Shown piece after piece: positions 29,317 through 37,445 of a stretch of 64,000 nt of DNA; the first letter of the stretch is position 1, and every line of letters starts with the position of its first letter. Origin of the DNA: an uncultured Chloroflexia bacterium. GTDB taxonomy: Bacteria; Chloroflexota; Chloroflexia; QHBQ01; JADMIH01. The stretch lies in NCBI GenBank assembly GCA_963797095.1, contig CAWCNY010000002.1, positions 640,001 through 704,000 of the forward strand, in the 5' to 3' direction. The position numbers and the translations under genes were made by a program. Under the pieces are notes generated by a model. The model saw nothing but the letters and a program-made list of their open reading frames with translations. It ran no database searches and was not told where the DNA came from.

Positions 29317-30327
29317 CTGCTGTGAAAATAACTCAGGATCAGGCAGCTGCAGGTACGGGTTCGAGGGAAACTTTGTAACCCAACCGCTCTAAACTCTGAA
29401 CCAGCCTTCGCTCCCTTGCCTGCCGATCACGTTCATCAAAGTAGTTGGCACCTAACTCCTGGTAAGTGACTCTATGCACAAGCATCTTGTAGGAGATAAC
29501 CTATATGGAATGGCCTACCGCCACCGCAGCCTTGTGGGAGCCTCGATGTCTGGCTATCCGGTGATACTGAGCACCCAGGTAGCTCTCTTTGCACCGCCCC
29601 GCAGCTTGAGCGGCCTCCACCAAAGCCGTTCGCAGCCACGGGTTGGCTTTACGTGTGCGGCCACTCTTGCGTTTACCCGCACTCTCGTTGTTGCCAGGAC
29701 ACATCCCTGCCCAAGAGGCAAAGTGGCGGGACGTAGGAAAGCGCTCCATGTCAACCCCGATCTCCGCGATTATCACTTCACTTCAGCTGTGCGTTGGCCC
29801 ACTCCTCGTATCGTCGTCAGCAACTCCCAGGGGCCAGCGCCCACGCAAAAGGGAGCATCCTCTCCTCGATCTCTGTGCTCAATCCCTCAATCGATGTATC
29901 CAGCACCTCGATCAGAGCCAATTGGTGAGCCAGCATGAAGCGTTGATGCGCACCAAAGCTTCCCTTGAGGGCCGCTTGCAGTTGGGGTATCTTCTCCCTC
30001 ATACGTCCCTTAGCCAACTCAGTCATAGACCCCTCATCAGTGGAGCCGCCGATCAGAGCCTGCAATATCTGCCCCCCGATACTCCCATGATGTCGGTAGC
30101 CACACTAGCCAGCTTGATGTTGGCCCCTTCCAACGTCTTCTACACCCGGTTGACTTCAGCAACTACGTTCACCCAGGTCAAACTGCTGCTACGGGCTCGC
30201 AGCACCAGACGAGTACCGACCTTGTTGCGCTCAGACTGTCTAGCAAGTAGCATAGCACATAGTTCGCGGACAGCTCAATCATTTTCATTCCGGGGTGGTG
30301 GCACCCAGCCATGGAAAACTGCTCTGA
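29317..30327 (-). mobile_element. IS110-family element, internally deleted and frameshifted
   Basis: Fragments EIGVDMERFP...WAGMCPGNNESAGK and ANIKLASVATDIMGVSG; C-terminus LERLGYKVSL; near-identical CTGCTGTGA / CTGCTCTGA at the two ends; the N-terminal DEDD region is missing. Confidence 0.85.
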
Positions 30328-30401
30328 TATAGTCGGACAGGGCATGCCCGGCTTACATTGGACGAATGCTCAGTATCTATAACAACCAGGAGGTAACAGG
30401 G

Positions 30402-30683
30402 ATGGGAAACATCATCGGTTGGATTATCATAGGACTGATCGCCGGCTGGCTTGCCGGCAGGGTAATGGGTAAAGGCGGCTATGGCCTCATAGGTGACATC
30501 ATAATCGGCCTGGTCGGCGCCGTGCTTGGAGGCTTTGTGGCTTCCCTCCTGCACATCGGCAGCGGATTGAACCCCAGCGACCCCATTAGCTGGGGGAGCC
30601 TTGCTCTAGCTTTTGTGGGCGCCCTCATCCTGATATTTGTCTTACGCGCCGTGTCGGGTAGCCGATCTAGGTTTAGCCGCTAG
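30402..30683 (+). CDS. GlsB/YeaQ/YmgE family stress-response membrane protein
   Basis: IIGWIIIGLIAGWLAG...GLIGDIIIGLVGAVLGG; GGAGG RBS. Confidence 0.9.
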   Translation: MGNIIGWIIIGLIAGWLAGRVMGKGGYGLIGDIIIGLVGAVLGGFVASLLHIGSGLNPSDPISWGSLALAFVGALILIFVLRAVSGSRSRFSR

Positions 30684-30798
30684 CGCATAACCACGCGCAC
30701 TTTTTGCCACAGAAGCTGCAGAGGGCCTGGCACTCCAGGCTCTCCATGGTATCGCCGGCATGACTATGCCAGGCACATAACCAATAAGAAGGGATAGT

Positions 30799-31218
30799 AT
30801 GCAACAAGTGTTTACGAGGTTTGCTAGGTGGGCATCGCATTGGACAGGCCAGCCAATCGCCTTTCTCCTTGCTGCCGGCGTGATTCTCGTGTGGATCCTC
30901 TCCGGTCCTATCTTTCGCTTCTCAGATACCTGGCAGCTGGTTATCAATACAGGCACAACCATTATTACCTTTCTCATGGTCTTTCTCATCCAAAATACCC
31001 AGAACCGCGATACCAAAGCCCTGCAACTCAAGCTCGATGAATTGATCTTCGTGATAGCCAAGGCCAACAACTCCTTGCTCGACCTCGAAGAGATGGATGA
31101 GAGTGAGCTGGATAAAATCCGAGATCGCTACGAAAAGGTGGCTGCAAAATCCAGAAAAGACGGCATTGCCCGCGATAATGCCATCGCCGCAGACACCAAC
31201 GGCGTCAAGAAAGCCTGA
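30799..31218 (+). CDS. Low-affinity iron permease family (Fet4-like) small protein
   Basis: FSDTWQLVINTGTTIITFLMVFLIQNTQNRD..ALQLKLDELI. Confidence 0.9.
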   Translation: MQQVFTRFARWASHWTGQPIAFLLAAGVILVWILSGPIFRFSDTWQLVINTGTTIITFLMVFLIQNTQNRDTKALQLKLDELIFVIAKANNSLLDLEEMDESELDKIRDRYEKVAAKSRKDGIARDNAIAADTNGVKKA

Positions 31219-31412
31219 CCAGACCGAGGTGACGCAAGCGCCAGCCCACCATACAAGTGCCCACGTCAATCAGAGAAACCCTGGCGGGTCAGGCCCGTAA
31301 TAAATGTCTAGATTGGAACCCAGAACCGCGGCCGTTTCAATGATGCTGATAGGCAAAGTAGCTGCTGACTGCAGCAAGATTGATCCCAGTTCTGTGGGAA
31401 GGGAGAAATGTT

Positions 31413-31613
31413 ATGAATGATAATGATGAATACCTACGAGACGAGCAACAGCAACAGCAACTACAGCAACAACAAGAAGATCATGCCAGTTACGAAGCGA
31501 GCGAAAGGCACGTGGAGAGGTGCGCAACGCTCACCTGGAGGCTGGACGTGAGCAAGCCCGCCGAGACAACGCGCTGGCTAAAGAGCGAAATGCCGCAGGG
31601 CCTCCGCCCATAG
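31413..31613 (+). CDS. Small hypothetical protein with a poly-Gln tract
   Basis: GGGAG RBS; EQQQQQLQQQQE. Confidence 0.35.
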   Translation: MNDNDEYLRDEQQQQQLQQQQEDHASYEASERHVERCATLTWRLDVSKPAETTRWLKSEMPQGLRP

Positions 31614-31706
31614 AGGACAAGAGTGAAGCTGACTATGAGACGGAGCGCGAGTCACGCTAGTGGTGAGCTTAGCGTGACCAACTCACGGGGTGGCCAATGG
31701 CTATCT

Positions 31707-32045
31707 ATGGAGAGGAAGGTGACCACAATGATGGGAACTGACGGAGGGGCACTATCTCCTCCGGTGCCGGCACCGGAGGAGATAGTGCCCCTACTATACA
31801 GGGTTTACTGCTCTGATGTCAGGCGTTCGCAACTTGAGCAGACCGAATGGGTAATAAAGGGCACCGACGGACAGATGTATATTGTGTCCTCCGAGCCGGG
31901 CGGCTGACTGCAACGGGCTGAGTACCAGGGAGAGATCGGGATGCGGATAGCCCTAGCACAGGAAGACGCTGCCTCGGTTTGCTGGACGGCGTACGGAGAT
32001 GTGGGGCAGGTTACCATGGAAGGGGCAGCCCTTGAGTCTCACTGA
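31707..32045 (+). pseudogene. Hypothetical protein interrupted by TGA at 31905
   Basis: The frame reads ...SSEPGG*LQRAEYQG... and stays open 45 more codons to TGA 32043, suggesting a TGG->TGA nonsense change. Confidence 0.45.
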
Positions 32046-32440
32046 CAAATCTCAAACGGATCGTATGCATGTGGGGTTGGACTTCCTGCTAGTCAAAGAG
32101 CTTGAAGTCCTAAAAGATGATATATCAAGGAGTCTGGGGTGCACCAGGCCTACTTCCTGAGTAACGCCTTGATCGTGGGGCGCGTATAACGGCGCGTCAA
32201 TTGAATCCCGAGCAGTTCTATACTCACGAGATGGTTGAGGCCATAGCTGCGAACGGCAGTAGGATGAACCGCCCGAAGGAGAGCGAGCAAGGACGCACCG
32301 GGGACTCGCACGGTCGTGGAACAGCCGAGGAGCCTTCGTAGAGGTAAACCCACTACGGCCTATCCACTATCCGCCGTAGCCGGGGCGCAAGCGGTTACGA
32401 CACCGGCTATTGGAACTACGACACAAAGGAAAGTAATACC

Positions 32441-32530
32441 ATGCCAACCCCGACACTCAAATTACCGGAAGAAATCCGGGTCGAGATGAAGGCTCACTTT
32501 GCCGCTGTCAATAAGGCAGCAAAGCGCTAA
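32441..32530 (+). CDS. Unannotated 29-aa small protein MPTPTLKLPEEIRVEMKAHFAAVNKAAKR
   Basis: AAGGAAAG RBS; protein-level similarity with synonymous codon changes relative to 29000..29227. Confidence 0.7.
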   Translation: MPTPTLKLPEEIRVEMKAHFAAVNKAAKR

Positions 32531-32540
32531 CGTATTCGCA

Positions 32541-32948
32541 ATGAACAAAGGTCCCGAAATAGGGGTGCGGATAAGGGAGGCACGCACGAAGGCCGGACTT
32601 AGCATGAGCGCTCTGGCGAAGCATGCGGGCATGAGCCTGGCTTATGTAAGTCTCCTGGAGGCCGGCAAGATTCCGGCACCAACCGTGGACAGGCTTTCGA
32701 GAATTGCCACTGCGCTGGACACGCCGTTGGAACGCATCATAAGCGAGGCCGAATACTCACCTGCACAGCGCATAGAACAGCACGCAGGGATTATCGATGA
32801 GCTGGTAAGGATGGCCCCCAATACCGACCCGGAAATGGCTCGAGCTTTCGTTGGAGGCTTACTCCACCTAAGTCGAGACGACCAGGTGCAAGTTGCCGAC
32901 CTGATCGCCCGCCTCAGGGACCCATACCGAGGTAGACACGCTACCTAG
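32541..32948 (+). CDS. XRE-family HTH transcriptional regulator
   Basis: IGVRIREARTKAGLSMSALAKHAGMSLAYVSLLEAGK..PT..RLSRIATAL. Confidence 0.88.
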   Translation: MNKGPEIGVRIREARTKAGLSMSALAKHAGMSLAYVSLLEAGKIPAPTVDRLSRIATALDTPLERIISEAEYSPAQRIEQHAGIIDELVRMAPNTDPEMARAFVGGLLHLSRDDQVQVADLIARLRDPYRGRHAT

Positions 32949-33033
32949 GATCCTGCTCGGCTTTGATAGCGCCGGTCAAAGCAGCAGACACCTCGATGCC
33001 CCGCTTGCATAAACAGCATAAAGGAGAAGCAGG

Positions 33034-33462
33034 ATGAACAGCAGAGACTTTGTAGGCACTGGCTACAAGGATCCGGGCGTGTATGATGTACATGTTGAAG
33101 ATGGTGGCAAGCATTACAGCCTCACTCACAAGGTACATGGACTGGATGCCGGCTTCCGGTGGGGCGGTGGCGGACCCGCCAGCACAGACCTGGCTCGTGC
33201 TTTGTTGTGGATGACCACCGGCACTGAGCCGGAGTGGAGAATATGCTGCCTCTTCAAGAACGAAGTGGTAGCGGCCTGGACCAGGCACCTGGGCGAGTGC
33301 TGGCGGATAAGTGAAGAGGGAATCAGGCAGTGGCTAGCTCAGGTCGAACAAGAGACCGCTCGAACAGAAACCGCCGACCAGACGAAGGCACGTTTGGATC
33401 AAGCGCATAGTAGAGAATCGAGGCTCAGAGGCGCCGCCGCAACGTTTGGCGGGCGGCACTAA
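33034..33462 (+). CDS. DUF6166-like protein
   Basis: HGLDAGFRWGGGGPASTDLARALL...FK.EVVA...WRI pattern; AAGGAG RBS. Confidence 0.6.
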   Translation: MNSRDFVGTGYKDPGVYDVHVEDGGKHYSLTHKVHGLDAGFRWGGGGPASTDLARALLWMTTGTEPEWRICCLFKNEVVAAWTRHLGECWRISEEGIRQWLAQVEQETARTETADQTKARLDQAHSRESRLRGAAATFGGRH

Positions 33463-33507
33463 AGAATAGAGATCAACTTTGTGCGTAGTGAGACGTTTGG
33501 CGAGCGT

Positions 33508-33797
33508 ATGAAAGAGGCGATTGTGAGAGAGGAAGAAGTGGCCCGCCTTGCGAGGCTTGGCATCCGCCCAATAGTCTGGCTGGACGGCTACGTCTTGTGC
33601 TCACTATCGGCTGTTATCGCGACTTCCAGTTCACGCGAGATATCCTGAGTAGCAGCGCGAGGCCAGAGCAGATTGAGCAGGCAATCGAGGCTCTCGTTGA
33701 CTTAGGCGCGCACTGTGATTGCGAGGTGCTTCAGGCACTTGGGCAACTGCCAAGGGGCGTCCTATGGCACCATTCCGCCGCACCCGGGGCCGTATAA
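33508..33797 (+). pseudogene. DUF2695-like protein, apparently frameshifted near 33595
   Basis: GCYRDFQFTRDIL...LGAHCDCEVL motif; the upstream ATG 33508 is in a different frame. Confidence 0.5.
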
Positions 33798-33799
33798 GT

Positions 33800-35089
33800 A
33801 TATGCTCCGAATTCATTTGCTTGGCCATCCCCACTTCCTGGCCGCCGGAAACCGCTGCTCTTCGCGAAGCTGTTATCAATGAAGCGCGCCTGCCTGGAGG
33901 GGCAGGGTCTGAGGATGAGGGGTCATCTTATGCCTCGGGAACCTCGGCAAACAAAGCCGGGTATCCGCTTGCGGGTGCTTTGCTCTTGCCATTCGTTGGC
34001 CGCGAAACCGAGTTCGATCAACTGCGTGGCTGGTGGAGTCGCGCGGCACGCGGCAAAGGTGGACTTGCGCTGGTGGGAGGAGAAGCCGGGATAGGTAAAA
34101 CGCGCCTGGCAGCCCACCTTGCCAACCACGCGGAGAGGGAAGGCGCACGTATCTTGGTCGGCAATACCACTTTTGCCGAGCCCCTCCCTTATCAGGCCCT
34201 GGTCGAAGCCCTCCGATCCGCGTTGCCTCTGCTCGCGGCTCTCGATATCGAATCTCTGTGGCTGGCTGCAGTGGCCTCTCTGATTCCCGAATTACGCACC
34301 CGGCGCGGAGAAGGAGCCGGCCGCCTCCATATCACATGTATGGGTGAAGGCAGCCCCTCTGTGATACTGGAGCATGGCATGGCCACCGAGAGCGACAGCT
34401 GGGCCCAGGTACAGCAGGCTGTTGCTCAGTTTACCCGCGTGTGTGCCTTCGACCGGGCCAGTAGGAGGAAGAGCGATCCCGCACCCAAGCCCCGTACAAG
34501 CGAGGATATGGTGGCCGATCTGAATACCCTTCTGGCGAGCGTGCACGTGCCCGGGCCCCACGTACTGGTTGGCAACTCGCTCGGCGGCTTCAATGCGCGT
34601 CTATATGCACATAAATATCCCGGTGACGTTGTAGGGCTTGTGTTCGTTGATTCGATGCACCCCGGCCAATTCGCCCGCTTCGAGCAGGCTCTGCCACCGG
34701 AGACGCCGCAGGACCCGGAAGGCCTGAAGTGGTTCAGGCAATCCTTCACGCGGGCTTACAAAGACCCTACCAAGAACCCTGAAGGTTTCGATCAGCTAAC
34801 GAGCCACGAGCAGATGCGCTCTGTCACGTCACTTGGTGACCTGCCGATCGTCGTGCTGGCGTCGGGCACTTTCCTTAAGGAGACTCCGGAACCCCGGCTT
34901 GGGTTGCATATGCATAATGTGTGGCAGGAGCTACAGAAAGACCTCGCCCGTCTGTCGTCAAACAGCAAGTTCGTCGCAGTGGAAGATAGCGGGCATTTCA
35001 TACAGGTCGGTCGGCCGCAGGTGGTCACCGATGCCATACGAGAACTGGTTGAGCAGGTAAGGGGCCGTCAGGCTCATCAAGACCAGTAA
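33800..35089 (+). pseudogene. Chimera: AAA_16/SARP-type ATPase fragment fused to an alpha/beta hydrolase
   Basis: FVGRETE...GEAGIGKTRL (Walker A, no Walker B), then an abrupt switch near 34320 to RLHITCMGEGSPSVILEHG...VGNSLGG...SGHFIQ. Confidence 0.65.
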
Positions 35090-35281
35090 GCTGGCCTTAC
35101 CCCTCCGGACCAACCGAAAATAGAGGGGAAATGTCAGAACCAAGAGTGTGGGGCCGAGTGGAGGGCACGATAATGTGCAACCCACAAGCTCATATTGTCG
35201 AGATCGTGGAGAGCAAGGAGTACTGACGCAAGCGACAAGCCACGTAGGAAAAATTGAGATGGGTTTGCTCTGTCGGTGTGC

Positions 35282-35568
35282 CAGGGCTGTGTCAAAGTCG
35301 GCGTAAAGAATGAAGTGGTGAGTTGCCATAGCTCGCACACTCTTCTGGCCAGAGGCCATAGCTGCACATATCAATGTGAGCAACACTCTCCACTCGTGCT
35401 GTTTGCCGCGTGCTTTACGAGGGTCTGATACCGTGCTCACAGCTTCCAACAAAGTGCTATACTCCTGGGGCGAGTCCATCCACTTTGGCCTCCTTCCTCT
35501 GCTTTGAGAGAGTTTGGAAGGATTCTATTGCCTTTGGTGGTTGGATCCTGACTTTGACACAAGCCCTG
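35282..35568 (-). mobile_element. Miniature (internally deleted) ISAs1-family element
   Basis: Terminal IRs CAGGGCTGTGTCAAAGTC / GACTTTGACACAAGCCCTG; perfect 10-bp flanking duplication GTCGGTGTGC; transposase N-terminus DPRKARGKQH. Confidence 0.88.
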
Positions 35569-35587
35569 GTCGGTGTGCCCGGTCAAC

Positions 35588-35616
35588 TTGACATATTCTA
35601 GAACGAATGGTATGCT
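35588..35616 (+). promoter_or_regulatory. Sigma70-type promoter
   Basis: TTGACA-N17-TATGCT with an extended TG. Confidence 0.7.
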
Positions 35617-35665
35617 GAAGATGCTTGACTAAAGTGTAGTACCCGTTGCGATTTGTTCTCTAAGC

Positions 35666-35692
35666 GAGCCTGGGAATCTCCAGGCTCTTTTT
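35666..35692 (+). terminator. Intrinsic terminator within the 5' leader (attenuator candidate)
   Basis: GAGCCTGG-GAATCT-CCAGGCTC-TTTTT between the promoter and the RBS of 35722. Confidence 0.7.
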
Positions 35693-35702
35693 GTTTCTAG
35701 GG

Positions 35703-35781
35703 GACAATTAAAGGAGTAGCAATGAGAGTTATCATAGCAGGCAGCCGCGAAATCGAAAACATAAGCATTGATGCAGCCGTG
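35703..35781 (+). repeat. 79-bp direct repeat, copy 1 (copy 2 at 36509-36587)
   Basis: Identical GACAATTAAAGGAG...GCAGCCGTG. Confidence 0.9.
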
Positions 35782-36069
35782 ACTGCCTCCGGTTTCAGAG
35801 ATGCAATTGACGAAGTAGTCTCGGGTGGAGCAGTGGGCGTGAACAGAGCCGGGCAGGATTGGGCCGCCCTGGCGCATATTCCGGTGAAGGTGTTTGCCAC
35901 CGACTGGGCGCGCTTCGGAAAGAGCGCCGATGCCAGGCGCAACGAGCAGATGGTTGAATACGCCGATGCCCTGGTTTTGATCTGGAACGGAAAATCCACA
36001 GGAATCCGCAGTCTGCGCGATGCCGCTCTCCGGCATGGATTGAAAGTGTTCGTGCAGACCGTCGCTTAG
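35722..36069 (+). CDS. SLOG/DUF2493 (YspA-like) protein
   Basis: MRVIIAGSR...VVSGGA.G...DWARFGKSA..RRNEQMVEYADALV..W.GKS.G. Confidence 0.8.
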   Translation: MRVIIAGSREIENISIDAAVTASGFRDAIDEVVSGGAVGVNRAGQDWAALAHIPVKVFATDWARFGKSADARRNEQMVEYADALVLIWNGKSTGIRSLRDAALRHGLKVFVQTVA

Positions 36070-36436
36070 CAAAGCTATATGTACCCCGTCAAGGTTAATG
36101 CTCGTGAGAAAGCGCCAGTCCTCCAATGTGGCTTCCTCGACGTTGGTGGTCTTTCTCAGGCCGGCATTGTTCACGAGCACGTCGAGCTTGTCGTAGGTGC
36201 GCTATAGCAGGGCTGATGTTCTGTTGCTAATCGTTCTCGTTGGCAACATCGTGCCTGATTAAGATGGCGTCACCTCCGGCCGATTTGATTTCTTCGACTA
36301 CCCTGTAGCCCTCTTCTTGTTTGATATCGGTTACGACCACTCTAGCGCCTTCCTCTGCGAGCCTGCTGGCGCAGGCCCGCCCGATGCCGAGTGAGCCGCC
36401 TGTTACGATAGCTACTCTATCGTGAACGCAGTTCAT
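36066..36436 (-). pseudogene. SDR oxidoreductase remnant
   Basis: VAIVTGGSLGIG...HDVA, then a stop; a separate frame gives LDVLVNNAG...INLDG; C-terminal half missing. Confidence 0.8.
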
Positions 36437-36508
36437 GAAGTGTCTACTCTCAGGTGCGTGTGGCTCTTAGTATTACAGCAGCACTTAGCTGCCAGGACTG
36501 AGGTCTCA

Positions 36509-36587
36509 GACAATTAAAGGAGTAGCAATGAGAGTTATCATAGCAGGCAGCCGCGAAATCGAAAACATAAGCATTGATGCAGCCGTG
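36509..36587 (+). repeat. 79-bp direct repeat, copy 2
   Basis: Identical to 35703-35781; abuts the IS5 fragment. Confidence 0.9.
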
Positions 36588-36735
36588 TGCCGGACCGAGC
36601 AGCACTCACCGGTATCATCTTCGTGCTCAAGTCGGGTTTGCAGTGGGAGATGTTACCACAGGAGATGGGTTGCGGCTGTGGCATGACCTGCTGGCGGCTC
36701 AGAGATTGGCAAGCAGCAGGGGTGTGGAAGAAGTT
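36587..36735 (+). mobile_element. IS5-family transposase fragment (DUF4096-like)
   Basis: DRAALTGIIFVLKSGLQWEMLPQEMGCGCGMTCWRLRDWQAAGVW. Confidence 0.85.
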
Positions 36736-36739
36736 GCTC

Positions 36740-37430
36740 TCAATCAGACGCAATGGCCTGTCAGCCTCGGCCCAATTATGCATATGAGGGGGGCTATCCT
36801 GCTCCACCATACCTCATCTTGAAAGCCGAGTGCCCATTCCGGGTGAGTGGCAGCCAACCCTATCAGCCAGTCTCTACGCTTTTTTTACGCGCATACTGCG
36901 GGTCGGGAAAGGTAATCCACTCCTTGGCTCGCAGCCAGCGCACTCCCAGCCGCTCCAGCGTGGTGTGCACCGTCTCAGCCGATACCCTCTCTCTTGTCAG
37001 TCCCGTCTCAAGGCTCACCTCGGCAGCCAGTTTCCAACGTCCATACCGAGGTGTCCTTACCCAGTTCACGAGGGCTGCGATGCAGTAATGTGCGTAGAGC
37101 CTGCACGCCCTCCGGTGTGAAAGCAGCCCGTATAGTGCGAGGTCGGGAGGAACCCTCCTTGAGGCTCTCAACTCCTTTGAGGTTGAAAGCCTTGATAGCG
37201 TTACGTACAGTCTGGTCGTCACAACTCAGGCTACGCGCTACGTGGGTAGCTCGTTCACCCGTGGAGGAGGCGAGCAGTATCTGGCACCTTCTAGGCGTGA
37301 AGGCATCCGAGGAGCGCAAGCGTGCTTCCACAGCCTGGCGCTCTCCCTCTGTGAATGGCCGAACGAAAATAGGCGTTCTCATGCCTACAAGTATAACCCA
37401 TTCCTATTACCTTCTCTGATCCTGCACTAG
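36740..37430 (-). mobile_element. IS630-family remnant
   Basis: RRCQILLAS...QTVRNAIKAFN HTH; LGVRWLRAKEWITFPDPQYARKK followed by frameshifts; the end abuts a TA/CTAG. Confidence 0.75.
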
Positions 37431-37445
37431 CCTTGCCAACCGTGC

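Noticed and set aside
31905-31907. In-frame TGA as selenocysteine
   Set aside because: The context (PGG*LQR) fits a lost Trp, there is no redox motif, and the region is full of pseudogenes.
32150-32353. 67-aa minus-strand ORF
   Set aside because: No RBS or recognisable motif; opposite to the local gene orientation.
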